Shown here in pieces: positions 17,210 to 28,408 of a stretch of DNA of 50,393 bases. Numbering within the stretch: position 1 is the first letter of the stretch; each line of letters starts with the position of its first letter. The stretch is taken from the NCBI GenBank assembly GCA_964652675.1, contig CAZZDZ010000005.1, positions 1 to 50,393 of the forward strand, written 5' to 3'. Made by a program: the position numbers and the translations under genes. The notes below the pieces were generated by a model. It had not been told where the DNA came from, made no database searches, and saw only the letters and a list, made by a program, of their open reading frames with translations. The DNA is from an uncultured Pirellulaceae bacterium. Lineage in GTDB: Bacteria > Planctomycetota > Planctomycetia > Pirellulales > Pirellulaceae.

Positions 17210-18636
17210 TCCGACTCGTCCAGTTTTCGCAACAAACGTGCACGACTGATTCCAAGTCGCCGTGCCGCTTCGGCGCGATTGCCGCCAGCAGACTCCAACA
17301 CGTCGCGGATGATTTTGTTTTCGTATCGACGAACAGCTTCGTCCAACGAAACGTTGGCCAGTTTTTCTGAAACGGGATTTTCTCCGGGCCGATAGGAACG
17401 TACGGCTAACGGCAGATGTTCGACTCCGATTGATTCGCCGGGACAAGATTGAATCGCGTGGCGAATCACGTTTTGGAGTTCGTCAAAATTTCCTGGCCAA
17501 GGATAGATCACCAACGCGTCCAATGCGGCACGGCTGAAACGTTCGGCAGTTCCTTCGCCAGCGGCATGACGCGCGTCCAACGCGGCGGTTGCCAAAACGG
17601 GGATGTCATCCACCCTTTGCGAAATCGGTTCGATGGCCACGTTCATTCCGCTCAGCACATCGACCAGCTTGGGATGCAGTCCGATCGTGGTTGCTTCTTC
17701 TAGCGAAAGCTCCGATTCATTATTGGAGGCGTCTTGCAGCGGTTCACGCAACAACTTGGGTGCGTCTAAGCAAATCGCAAGCAACCGCAACCTTGGGCGA
17801 AACGTCGCGATCAGTTCCGAGAGCCGCTGTTGTGCTTCGATCGGCGTGTCATCCAAGTCAGTGATCAGGACGGTCGCGGTGGATGAACTTGATTCCGCCA
17901 ATTGGTTGATCGCTGGCATCAAGGTCGCATCCAGTAGTTCTGCGTCCATCAAGGGTCCGTCGACTTTGACCAACGATTCGTCCGGTGCGGTCAGATGATG
18001 AACACGCATTGCGATCGAAAGAGCTCCGCAGCCTTGGGGGCCGAAGAACCCGACGTGCATACGGCTTGACGTGGCGATATTGATCCGCGATCGCATCCTG
18101 CGTGCCGCAGCGGACACGCCTGCGGTGGCGATTGTGGCAATTCCGATATGTCGTTTTCGCCAATCATCCAACCGTTTCCGCAATCCCACGGCGTCTTGGA
18201 TTTCAAGGTTGTTTTCCGCGTCGTCAAACTTGCCGCCGATGGCGACGATCAGAGATCCACTGGACGACGAATCCTTTGCAGCAGATTTTTTGCTCGCTGG
18301 ATCCGAACTGTCTCCCAAACGGATGAACCTGACATCCAACGTTTCGATTTTGCGACCATCAATTGGCGGTGGCTGAATACGCAGCGACGCAGTGCCACGT
18401 GAATCAAACCCAGGTGGCGGGGACAGTGACGCGGCAACAAAGTCCAGTGGGTCATCGGAGATCGGCGATCCAGCGACGCTGCGGCGTTCCAAAAGAGAAT
18501 CCACGTCGATGCCAAGCCACAGCGACACACCAGCAGACAGATACACCAACCGACCCGTGGGACCAATCACCCACAAGCAGCCCGGCGACGCGTCCAGCAG
18601 ACGCGACAGCGATCGAATTTTTGTGCCAGCGGCCAT
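17206..18636 (-). CDS. NtrC/Fis-family regulator with degenerate sigma54-activator AAA+ domain
   Basis: PAS-like N-terminus, YPWPGNFDELQN, C-terminal Fis HTH GGNRAEAARRLGISRARL; Walker A altered (GPQGCGALS); no GAFTGA. Confidence 0.85.
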   Translation of the reverse strand: MAAGTKIRSLSRLLDASPGCLWVIGPTGRLVYLSAGVSLWLGIDVDSLLERRSVAGSPISDDPLDFVAASLSPPPGFDSRGTASLRIQPPPIDGRKIETLDVRFIRLGDSSDPASKKSAAKDSSSSGSLIVAIGGKFDDAENNLEIQDAVGLRKRLDDWRKRHIGIATIATAGVSAAARRMRSRINIATSSRMHVGFFGPQGCGALSIAMRVHHLTAPDESLVKVDGPLMDAELLDATLMPAINQLAESSSSTATVLITDLDDTPIEAQQRLSELIATFRPRLRLLAICLDAPKLLREPLQDASNNESELSLEEATTIGLHPKLVDVLSGMNVAIEPISQRVDDIPVLATAALDARHAAGEGTAERFSRAALDALVIYPWPGNFDELQNVIRHAIQSCPGESIGVEHLPLAVRSYRPGENPVSEKLANVSLDEAVRRYENKIIRDVLESAGGNRAEAARRLGISRARLLRKLDESE

Positions 18637-18715
18637 AGAGACGTTTGTCAGTAGAAAAGAACAGCCGCGCAGGTTTTTGACCTACGACAACAAAAGACAC
18701 TGACCACTATAACTA

Positions 18716-18745
18716 CAGAAAGAGGCCGATCGCGGTCGGCCTCTT
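18716..18745 (-). terminator. Probable terminator hairpin
   Basis: AAGAGGCCGA-ccgcga-TCGGCCTCTT then TCT on the minus strand, downstream of the 18855 gene. Confidence 0.55.
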
Positions 18746-18854
18746 AAAGTTGGCAGTCGATTGAGGGCATTGCCGACAATCTGTCATGCCAAATTGCGAT
18801 AGAAACGACGGTAATAATCGGCCGTTATTCGCAAGTTGATCAACAGGTCGTCTG

Positions 18855-19178
18855 TTAAAAAACGTCCAACATGAAGTGGTGGCCGGAGTGATAGCGGCGA
18901 TTGCTTGGGTAGTAGTTGTGCCACTTTTTGTTGTAGACCGGGATCCGCATTTCTTGTGGATAACGGTGGTACAGGCTGTCACTGCTGCGATAGTATTCCT
19001 GACCATAGAAATTCTGTGGGTAGTACACGTACGGGTAGTGGTACATGCGGTTCCAGTCGCGGCTGGAGGCCTGGCCGCCCCATGACTGCCCGAAAGCCCG
19101 TTGGTCCGCCGATGCGGTATCGGTCACTACCAAAGCACTGCTTAAAAGCACGGCTGCGAAAATTAAATGACGGAGCAT
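18855..19178 (-). CDS. Small secreted Tyr/His-rich conserved planctomycete protein
   Basis: ATG 19178 with a GGGGGA/AGGA RBS, signal peptide, mature part YHYPYVYYPQNFY...HHFMLDVF. Confidence 0.75.
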   Translation of the reverse strand: MLRHLIFAAVLLSSALVVTDTASADQRAFGQSWGGQASSRDWNRMYHYPYVYYPQNFYGQEYYRSSDSLYHRYPQEMRIPVYNKKWHNYYPSNRRYHSGHHFMLDVF

Positions 19179-19604
19179 TCCTGCTTCCCCCTTAGCGGTC
19201 GAATCGGTCACAGATCGTTAGACGATCGTTCAAGCCAAGTGTGTTTGCTTGGTGCAATCAACGCTTGGCGATATCAGCAAAGCTGACAATCTGTTCCCGA
19301 CACCAAATGGTTTGAAAAAATGTGGGTCTGTGTCGTTCCGCAATCGCCACCTTGTGTCCACCCAAACAGAACCAATCTCATAGACTGACCTGTGGATAGA
19401 CCCGCAAATGACGTGCTGCGGCCCGGCCTACCCTCACTATCGGCACAATCAGCATCATCGGTTGAGTCGTTCAGGAGGGGAATTTGGCGTCAAAACTTGC
19501 CCCACTGATGCTGGCAAGCCCAAAACGACTTCTCATAACACCTCCCTGGCACCTATGATTAGAAGGATCTTGCCTCTTTCCCCTCCCAATTTGGACGTTC
19601 CGAA

Positions 19605-21032
19605 ATGATGTTACGTCGTTTCCAGTCGTGCACCACCACTTTGCTTGCCTTGCTAGCAGTGTTGGTCGTGATCCCACCGACTGCAAAAGCTTGCCCATTC
19701 TGTAACGCTGTCTCTCAGACCTTGCGACAGGAAATGGAAGCGATGGACGCGGTCGTGATTGCCACGGCTCTGCAAGGTGACGCCGAGCGAGACAAAGAAT
19801 CCGGCGAAGTCTTGATGCGAGTCGAACATGTCCTTAAAGGTAGTGACCTTTGCACGAAGGGACAAAAAGTAACCGCGGTCTACTACGGCGAAGTTGCCGA
19901 AGGTCGCAAGTTCATGCTCAGCGGCGTCGATCCACCCGAACTGCAATGGTCATGTTTGCCCTTGACGGAGCGTTCAGAAAATTACGTTAAGCAGATTCCC
20001 GAACTGAAAGACGATCCACTGGAGCGGTTGAAATTCTTTCAGGGACATTTAGAAGACGCCGAATCAATGTTGGCTCGCGATGCCTACGATGAATTCGCAA
20101 TCGCTCCCTACGACGCCATCAAATCGCTCGCGCCCGACATGGACCGCAAACAACTGATTGAGTGGATTCGACATCCCGAGCAATCAACCGATCGCAAGCG
20201 ACTTTATTTGACGATGTTGGGTGTGTGCGGCGACGAAAAAGATCTGCCCATGTTAGAAGAGATCATGCGTAGCACCCAAAAGAGTTCGCGTGGTGGCTTG
20301 GATGCACTGGTCGCGTGCTACCTGACGCTTGCAGGCGAGAAAGGCCTACCGTTAATAAACGAACTGTTCTTGGCAAACAAGAAAGCACCTTACGCAGACA
20401 CGTATGCCGCCATCATGGCCATTCGATTCCATGGCACCGAAGGCGACGTGATCGCCCGCAGCGCATTGACTGAATCGCTGCACTATGTATTGGAACGCAA
20501 AGACCTAGCCGACTTGGTGATTCCCGACCTGGCTCGCTGGAGTGATTGGAGTCAAATTGATCGCCTGACAGATTTGTTCGTTGACGCGGATCAAGACAAC
20601 AACTGGGTCCGAGTGCCCGTCGTGAACTATCTTCGTGCTTGCCCGCTGCCAGAAGCTGCCGAGTCTCTCAAGAAATTGGAAAATATCGACTCTGAAGCCG
20701 TTCGCCGGGCAAAAACGTTTTTCTCAATCCCCGTCCCCGCCCGGGACACCTCCGGCGATGGGACAGCGGTACCCAAAAGGCCCGCGAATCGCTACGTTTC
20801 ATTGCCCATCGTGCCACAAGAATCAACCAATGATTTCCCCAGCGGCCTTGCTAAAGAGCCAAATCACCTGACCGCTGCCGTCTCAGCGGCCCCGATTGGT
20901 GGATTATCGGCTCCAAAAGCAATGAACCCTTGGCGGATTATCACCGTATTAGCGATGGCGCTCGCGACCATCATGATCGGCCAATTTTTGCTTTTGACCG
21001 GTGGTGCAATAACAAACTCGGACCAAGCGTAA
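19605..21032 (+). CDS. Exported/membrane-anchored hypothetical protein with N-terminal CPFC motif and HEAT-like helices
   Basis: Signal peptide ending AKA, followed by CPFC; C-terminal TM. Confidence 0.75.
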   Translation: MMLRRFQSCTTTLLALLAVLVVIPPTAKACPFCNAVSQTLRQEMEAMDAVVIATALQGDAERDKESGEVLMRVEHVLKGSDLCTKGQKVTAVYYGEVAEGRKFMLSGVDPPELQWSCLPLTERSENYVKQIPELKDDPLERLKFFQGHLEDAESMLARDAYDEFAIAPYDAIKSLAPDMDRKQLIEWIRHPEQSTDRKRLYLTMLGVCGDEKDLPMLEEIMRSTQKSSRGGLDALVACYLTLAGEKGLPLINELFLANKKAPYADTYAAIMAIRFHGTEGDVIARSALTESLHYVLERKDLADLVIPDLARWSDWSQIDRLTDLFVDADQDNNWVRVPVVNYLRACPLPEAAESLKKLENIDSEAVRRAKTFFSIPVPARDTSGDGTAVPKRPANRYVSLPIVPQESTNDFPSGLAKEPNHLTAAVSAAPIGGLSAPKAMNPWRIITVLAMALATIMIGQFLLLTGGAITNSDQA

Positions 21033-21083
21033 ACACGGACCAAGCGTAAACACGGACCAAACATAAATCAGACCAAGCGTAAA
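21019..21083 (+). repeat. 4-copy ~17-bp tandem repeat spanning the stop codon
   Basis: CGGACCAAGCGTAAACA x2, then CGGACCAAACATAAAT and CAGACCAAGCGTAAA; the first copy contains TAA 21030-21032. Confidence 0.9.
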
Positions 21084-21153
21084 AGCGACTGTCTGTGGAT
21101 CGATCGCGCCCCACTTCCAACACCCACAAATTCTGAACGTCACAGAGAACAAG

Positions 21154-21834
21154 ATGTCAGTCGAGATTCAAATGACATCGACCGACGATTCGGTCGACTT
21201 CCCTTACCGAACCGTCAGTCGCGCAGCAGTAGTCTCCGTTTTCTTTGCACTGTTGAGTGCGATTGGTCTGATCCCAACGTTCGAGCCGATGTTAGCCCTT
21301 GGGTTGATCGCGATCATTGCTGGGATCATTGGCTTGCGAGCCGTTCAACAGTTTCCAGAAGAATACAGCGGACGTCCGCTAGCAATGTTTGGCTTGATCG
21401 CCGCTGCGATAATCGTGATCGGGGGCGCTTCAATGCACCGATACATTTATCTGACCGAAGTCCCAGATGGTTACGAGCGTGTTCCATTTTACCAATTGCA
21501 ATACCGTGACGGGCAAGGCCCCGATCAGCCAACCAAATTGGCATTCGACATCAACGGCAAGCCTGTGTTTATCAAAGGCTACGTTCACCCATCATCGGGT
21601 GGCGGAATGCTTCGCCAGTTCGTTTTGGTGCCAGATTTGGGAACTTGTTGTTTTGGCGGTCAGCCCAAAAGTAGCGATATGATCCAAGTCAAACTGATGG
21701 GTGGACAAACTATTAAAGCCGGTTTGCAACGACGAAAACTCGCTGGCACGTTCACGCTAAGCCCAGCGGCCCAAGATCTGACTGATTTTGACAACCACGT
21801 ATTTTACAAAATGCGAGCTGACAAGGTAAAATAG
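21154..21834 (+). CDS. DUF4190-like TM region + DUF3299-like domain protein
   Basis: 3 TMs then an OB-like domain with GKPVFIKGY and FVLV...TCCFGG. Confidence 0.7.
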   Translation: MSVEIQMTSTDDSVDFPYRTVSRAAVVSVFFALLSAIGLIPTFEPMLALGLIAIIAGIIGLRAVQQFPEEYSGRPLAMFGLIAAAIIVIGGASMHRYIYLTEVPDGYERVPFYQLQYRDGQGPDQPTKLAFDINGKPVFIKGYVHPSSGGGMLRQFVLVPDLGTCCFGGQPKSSDMIQVKLMGGQTIKAGLQRRKLAGTFTLSPAAQDLTDFDNHVFYKMRADKVK

Positions 21835-21939
21835 CAAGTCGCGACATCAGCCATCTTGGTGAAAACTAGATTGATATGTCGCTGGTGATAATGTCGATGC
21901 TATAAACGTCCGACTGTTCCAACCACCCACGACGGTTCA

Positions 21940-22584
21940 ATGCTTGTTAAACGCGCGGCACTCTTTTTCACGCTTGTTCTCATTGCGGTGATGACCATCG
22001 TCATGTTGCGACCAAGTCACGTTGTCGCAAACGATGACCAAGACGTCGTCGCAGAGAGCACGGACGAAGCCGAAAAGGCTCAAACGAGCGCTGAGGTCAA
22101 AACAGAAAAAGCGACCAAAGAAAAGAACATTGACCCACGCACTCGCGGCGTCGTGATCAAAAAGTCCAGCGCGGCTGCTCGTGCCAAAGGCGAGATCACG
22201 TTTGACGATTTGAAATTCGAGATCGAAAAAGACGCGCCATTTGACGACAAGATGCTCGACAAAGACGTCAAGTCGCTCGACGGTATCAAAGTTAAACTCA
22301 GCGGCTATATCTTGCCGTCCACCCTCTTTCGAGAAACCAATATCGATCAGTTCGTTCTCGTTCGCGACAACCAAGAATGTTGTTTCGGCCCTGGTGCGGC
22401 TTTGTTTGACTGCGTCATTATCGAAATGAACCCAGGCAAAACCACCGACTTTGTCACCCGCCCGGTGACCGTCCACGGCAAACTAAAGATCGACACCAAA
22501 AAATACAAATACCCAGGCGGCAAAGGTCCTCGCGGCGCCACTCACATGGCCATCTTTCGCATCGAAGGCGATGCAGTGAAGTAA
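21940..22584 (+). CDS. DUF3299-family protein
   Basis: ITFDDL, LDGIKVKLSGYILP, FVLVRDNQECCFG, PVTVHGKL. Confidence 0.8.
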   Translation: MLVKRAALFFTLVLIAVMTIVMLRPSHVVANDDQDVVAESTDEAEKAQTSAEVKTEKATKEKNIDPRTRGVVIKKSSAAARAKGEITFDDLKFEIEKDAPFDDKMLDKDVKSLDGIKVKLSGYILPSTLFRETNIDQFVLVRDNQECCFGPGAALFDCVIIEMNPGKTTDFVTRPVTVHGKLKIDTKKYKYPGGKGPRGATHMAIFRIEGDAVK

Positions 22585-22663
22585 ACAACACCCGTTGGAG
22601 TCCAGCGCTGCTTCGGCACCACCGCGGGCCGCGGCTTTTGCGTTCAGATTGCGACTTACTTTC

Positions 22664-23839
22664 TTATGCGCCTGGTGACCAACCTGGTCTTGGTACGTTG
22701 TGAACCTTGGTTGGTTCGTCTCCTTGGATGGCTGCGATCTGCTGGGAAACTTCTTTGACCGCTTCGGCACTTGTTAGCGGATTCAAGCTTACTCGAAACG
22801 ATGCGGTTTCTTCAGAGCCGATCTCCACGACGCGACCTTGTTTTTCTTCATATGATCTGCCGTTGGGTAAGTTCGTTGCTGGCTCCAACCCGGTCACGTA
22901 TCCATCTCGCAGGTCAGCCGTGTTTTTCCACAACACAAATCGCGGCAGCCCTTTGACATTGAACGAAACACTCAGCCCCTGTTCGCCATCGGCACTGCGC
23001 AGTAGTGAGACACATTGGTTTGATTCGTCCGCGCGCGGCTTGGCAAAATAGACACGTTCGGCGTAGCCAGTTTCGGGACCACCGTACTGGTTCCATTGTT
23101 CAATTTCGCTGGCCGACAATTCGTCCTTGGGTGCTAGTTCGTCCAATGGAATTTCCAATGTTGCACCTTCGCCCAAAACGGGTTGCCCGACGTTGATGTG
23201 ATACAGCAATTGCATCGTCGCCGGTCTGGAAAGTTCATTGGTCACATCGTCCAGCAATTCGACTAACGCGCTTGCAGCGTGAACTCTGACACGACTTCGC
23301 AAGGTAAAATTCTTAAAGAACAATCGCGACTCTTTGACTTCGCCGATCAACTCCAATCGCCCAGTGGCTTCGTCGAATTCGATCGACAGCGAATCGGCGG
23401 CCAAGTTCCCGATACAACCGTGCAGTGGATACGTCAGTTTTCCAGTTTCGTCATGTTCGGGTGCCCCGTTGCTCTCCAGTCCACATCGCACAACCAGTTC
23501 GTCGAAACCGTCCAGCCAACCCAGGCCGCTTGGTTCGCAAACGGGCACGCGTGATGGGTGAACGGGACCACTGACCGGCGAATTCCAGCCAAACCGGACG
23601 CCAGCGGATTCCATTTGCCAAATGGACATTCCGCGAGTGGGCAGGACCATCAGTCGGACCGCGCCCGTGTCGATTTCGACGACTTCGACTTGGTCCGCCG
23701 CCCCACCCCAAAAACGTCCATGCCGCGTACGGATTTCGCCTGCTCGTGTCTCGATCGTCAGACTCAGCGGTGAATTGTCGTCCCATCGAATGGTATCGAT
23801 GCGTTTCCCAAGTGTTCGATCGGTTGCGGAGTCAATCAT
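22664..23839 (-). CDS. Aldose 1-epimerase family protein (DUF4432)
   Basis: LPTRGMSI, RCGLESNG, LHG, LYHIN, GYVTGLEP. Confidence 0.85.
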   Translation of the reverse strand: MIDSATDRTLGKRIDTIRWDDNSPLSLTIETRAGEIRTRHGRFWGGAADQVEVVEIDTGAVRLMVLPTRGMSIWQMESAGVRFGWNSPVSGPVHPSRVPVCEPSGLGWLDGFDELVVRCGLESNGAPEHDETGKLTYPLHGCIGNLAADSLSIEFDEATGRLELIGEVKESRLFFKNFTLRSRVRVHAASALVELLDDVTNELSRPATMQLLYHINVGQPVLGEGATLEIPLDELAPKDELSASEIEQWNQYGGPETGYAERVYFAKPRADESNQCVSLLRSADGEQGLSVSFNVKGLPRFVLWKNTADLRDGYVTGLEPATNLPNGRSYEEKQGRVVEIGSEETASFRVSLNPLTSAEAVKEVSQQIAAIQGDEPTKVHNVPRPGWSPGA

Positions 23840-24241
23840 GAAATCCCATCAGTTGTGCAGATTTGTCAGGTGAAAAAGATTTTTTTGTGCCTCAAACATC
23901 GCTGAAAACGACGCATTCTTGTACCCCGCGCTGGCAGCCAATAAAACAGTGTCTCGCAAGAATCGTGTGAAAAACGTTTTCGGACCTGCCACCGAGCTTT
24001 TTTGAAGCGGCACGACGATACTCAAAAAACCAAAGTTAAGCGATCTATGGCAAATGTGAAGTTGAATCCTGGATTCGGCGATAGATGTTAGCAGCGGACT
24101 TTTGCGACCAACACCCAAAACAACCTGCCAAAAACCGGCAGCTAATTGAACTCAGAAATAGTAGTACGGACTTCGGTCCGTTAACCCCGTACACAGTGAT
24201 CTCTGCAGCGGACGGTAGTCCGTTCTACAAGGAAAAACAAA

Positions 24242-25261
24242 ATGAAACTTCATAATGCGATGTGGCCCGGACTTGTTGGCAAAGGTGATGACGAAGGCCA
24301 AGAGCCCCCCATCGGCCTCGAAAAAATGTTGGACTTGTCCGCTGCGGCCCAAGTCGGTGACCAAAAGTTTGACGGCATCGATTACTTTTTGTTCCTGCCT
24401 CACACCAATCCCGAAGCCAGCGATGATGAGTTGCGTGGCATCGCCGACATGATCCAAAGCAAAGGGTTCAAAGTCGGTTCATTGGTCGCGCCGATCTGGC
24501 CAGGAACGGTTGGCGATTCGGCCATGGGCGACAAAGAACAAACCGACAAGTTTCTTTCGGCGGTAAAGATGGCTTGTCGTATTGCTGCCGTCTTCAACGA
24601 TCATGGTGTTCGCCAATACGGTGCGATCCGCATCGATAGCGCCGAATTCGGATTGGAAAAATGGGCAGAAGATCCCAAGGCCAATACAACAAAGATCGCC
24701 AATACTTTCCGCGAAGCGGCCAAGATTGCAGCCGATCATGGCGAACGTTTGGCAGCCGAAGGCGAAATTTGCTGGGCCGGAATGCACAGCTGGAAAGACA
24801 TGTTGGACTTGTTAGAAGAAGTCGGCATGCCGGAATCACTCGGTTTCCAAGCCGACCTTGCACACACTTATTTGTACTTGATGGGCTACAACGCTCCTGA
24901 GCACGCATTGCTGCAAGAAGGTTACGGCGAAGAAGAGTTCTACGCCAAGTACGAAGAGATGACCGACAAGTTGCGTCCTTGGACAATCGATTTTCACGTT
25001 GCCCAAAACGATGGCGAAGTCCACGGGGCAGGATCGCACGACAAGACCGGTAAACACTGCCGCGCGGACGACACCAACGGCAAACTGGATATCACGCGTT
25101 GCTCGGGCTATTGGCTAAAAGACGCTGCCGAGCGTGGCATCAAACACATCTGCTGGGACGGATGCATGTTCCCCAACAGCACTCTGGAAGACGCCAGTAC
25201 GTGGAACACGATCTTGGACGCCATGATTAAAGTTCGCGACGCGCACTGTGCTACCGCATAA
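24242..25261 (+). CDS. Sugar phosphate isomerase/epimerase (xylose isomerase-like TIM barrel)
   Basis: [18 protein letters not shown]; AAGGA RBS. Confidence 0.85.
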   Translation: MKLHNAMWPGLVGKGDDEGQEPPIGLEKMLDLSAAAQVGDQKFDGIDYFLFLPHTNPEASDDELRGIADMIQSKGFKVGSLVAPIWPGTVGDSAMGDKEQTDKFLSAVKMACRIAAVFNDHGVRQYGAIRIDSAEFGLEKWAEDPKANTTKIANTFREAAKIAADHGERLAAEGEICWAGMHSWKDMLDLLEEVGMPESLGFQADLAHTYLYLMGYNAPEHALLQEGYGEEEFYAKYEEMTDKLRPWTIDFHVAQNDGEVHGAGSHDKTGKHCRADDTNGKLDITRCSGYWLKDAAERGIKHICWDGCMFPNSTLEDASTWNTILDAMIKVRDAHCATA

Positions 25262-25308
25262 ATGCAAACAGTGCCACTGCATAAACACGCTCTGTGCCAC
25301 CAAAAAAA
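25246..25308 (+). repeat. Degenerate 3-copy 23-bp-period repeat spanning the stop codon
   Basis: CTGTGCTACCGCATAAA / CAGTGCCACTGCATAAA / CTGTGCCACCAAAAAAA starting at 25246, 25269 and 25292. Confidence 0.6.
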
Positions 25309-25345
25309 TAATCCTCTTTAGACTTTCAAAAACAGACTCCGAAAT

Positions 25346-26485
<1,140 letters not shown>

Positions 26486-26508
26486 ACGACTTTCAAAAAC
26501 GGTTATTT

Positions 26509-26546
26509 AAGAGCGTGTTCATCAGTTTGGTGAGCACGCTTTTTTT
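26509..26546 (+). terminator. Rho-independent terminator
   Basis: AAGAGCGTGTTCATCA-gtt-TGGTGAGCACGCTTTT plus T tract. Confidence 0.85.
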
Positions 26547-26736
26547 ATGCTCGTTCCCAGCGGGGGATGGCCAAACGGTCCAATTGTTCGCGTTCTGTGG
26601 TGGAAAATGGTTCAAAATCCCACCGAATCGCAAGTTTTCGTTGCGATACACGCGAAATTGCGACCTAGGATTCGATCGAGCCCAGCATCTTTGGATGGCT
26701 AGCGTCTTTGGCTGGATAGAACTACCGATCAATCAA

Positions 26737-26922
26737 ATGAATACCCTGCGAACCATCATCCGCTTTATTGCAGACGAAGACGGCACGACTGCTGTTGAGT
26801 ATGCGGTTATTTTGATGCTGATTCTCTTGGCGGTCATTGGATCGGTCCAATTCTTTGGTGGTGCCACACGCGACTCGTTCGAAAACACATCCGCCGCGAT
26901 GAGTGGTGCGTTTGGCAACTAG
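26737..26922 (+). CDS. flp: Flp family type IVb pilin
   Basis: FIADEDG|TTAVEYAVIL Flp motif followed by a hydrophobic helix; 61 aa. Confidence 0.9.
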   Translation: MNTLRTIIRFIADEDGTTAVEYAVILMLILLAVIGSVQFFGGATRDSFENTSAAMSGAFGN

Positions 26923-26956
26923 CTAGGCTTTCTTGCCGAATAGAGAACAAACAAAC

Positions 26957-27373
26957 ATGAAAAAGACCACTCGAAAAAATCTGTATGTCGACAGCGTTAT
27001 CCAAGGCGCCATTATCAAACGAGTTTTAGCCTATTGGTTTGCCTGTTTGCTGTTTCTGACTTTGCCAATGGTTTTGACAATGACGATCATGCAACCAGAA
27101 ATCTTGTTTGTCGATCACATTCCAACCGTGCTGAAACGGTTTTGGCCTGTGTACCTGATCCTCGCATTGATGTTGCCGTTTTTGGTTCGTGACGCATTGA
27201 GTCTGAGTAACCGTTTTTGTGGTCCCATGACACGATTGCTAGGCGGCATCAAGCAGTACAACGAAACGGGAGTTTACAATGACATCAAGTTTCGCGAACG
27301 AGATTTCTGGAAACCGGTAGCAACCGCGATCAACACCGCGATGCAAAAATCGCAAGGTGAAAACAAAGCTTAG
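26957..27373 (+). CDS. Two-TM hypothetical protein with HAMP-like C-terminus
   Basis: RKNLYVDSVIQG...SNRFCGP...KFRERDFW pattern and two hydrophobic segments. Confidence 0.7.
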   Translation: MKKTTRKNLYVDSVIQGAIIKRVLAYWFACLLFLTLPMVLTMTIMQPEILFVDHIPTVLKRFWPVYLILALMLPFLVRDALSLSNRFCGPMTRLLGGIKQYNETGVYNDIKFRERDFWKPVATAINTAMQKSQGENKA

Positions 27374-27394
27374 CGAAATCTAAATCGCCGGTGG

Positions 27395-28402
27395 TTACTT
27401 GTTCGATTTACCAAGCCCTATCAGATCGTTCAGGGCGTTGTGTTCTACTTCGGGTGCAAATTTTGGCGCCAACTTATCGATTGCGTCTTTCAGGCTTTGC
27501 GCGAACGATGATTCATTTTCCAGACGCGTCATCAATTGCCGCAGTCCTTTGGCGTCGCCGACGGTGAACAATCCTGGATAATCGTTTCCAAGCAATCCGA
27601 TGGATGCGGGGATCCGCGTTGCCAGGATCGGAATGCCATTGACGATGGCTTCGGAAACAACACTCGGCGCACCTTCCGTTTTTGAACTCAGGATCATCGC
27701 TTGACTTGCTGCGAGCCGCGATTGGGTTTCGGCATGTGACTGGCCGCCGATCCAACGGTAACGCGCACAGGACTGCATCGCTTTTTCTGCCTGTCGCCGC
27801 ATTTGATCATTCAGCGCAGCACCTAAATGGATGATTTGAATTCGAGATTCGGTTGGCAAAAGCAGTGCCGCTCGCGCGGCTAAGAAAGGATCTTTTTCAT
27901 CGCGAAGGTGCCCGATGACACAGATTTCCAGCTTCTCATCATCGACGTGGTTGTGTGGTGCAGCTGCCTTGCAGGGCACGGCGGATTGCAGGATGACAGT
28001 GGATTTGCGCCGCGTTTCAGCAGGCAACTGTCGCAAACATTCCGGTTCCAGCACAACGATCCGGTTTGATCTGGCAATGGATTCACTGGCCTGTTTGGCT
28101 GCTTCGGCGCCACGATGGCCATTTAAGTCCAAATGAATGTCTGTTCCCGTCAAACACAGAATCACATCACGATGCGGATAGGTGTTTCGAAACGATGCGA
28201 TTGCGTCCGCCGAGTGAGTTGCGTGCAAGGCAATCAACAGATCAAATTCGCCGCCGAAATCGGATGGATGGCTGCCGATTTGCGTTTGATGACCACTGCG
28301 TCGCAGAAACTCGGCCCATCGCTCAGCGGTGATCCGGTTACCCTTCGTTGAACGCTCGGGAGCGTTGGTGACGATCAAAATTCGTTTCGTCTGAGTCCGC
28401 AA
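27395..28402 (-). CDS. senB: SenB-like selenosugar synthase glycosyltransferase (TIGR04348 type, GT-B)
   Basis: GNRITAERW, LIALHA, LTGTD, GHLRDEKDP, SKTEG..V.SEA, GLLGNDYPGLF.VGD match the family signatures; TTG start. Confidence 0.82.
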   Translation of the reverse strand: MRTQTKRILIVTNAPERSTKGNRITAERWAEFLRRSGHQTQIGSHPSDFGGEFDLLIALHATHSADAIASFRNTYPHRDVILCLTGTDIHLDLNGHRGAEAAKQASESIARSNRIVVLEPECLRQLPAETRRKSTVILQSAVPCKAAAPHNHVDDEKLEICVIGHLRDEKDPFLAARAALLLPTESRIQIIHLGAALNDQMRRQAEKAMQSCARYRWIGGQSHAETQSRLAASQAMILSSKTEGAPSVVSEAIVNGIPILATRIPASIGLLGNDYPGLFTVGDAKGLRQLMTRLENESSFAQSLKDAIDKLAPKFAPEVEHNALNDLIGLGKSNK

Positions 28403-28408
28403 AGTCGT

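Noticed and set aside
21019-21083. Mini-CRISPR interpretation of this and the 32897-32964 repeat
   Set aside because: Units are 16-17 bp with no 25-45 bp spacers and there are no cas genes
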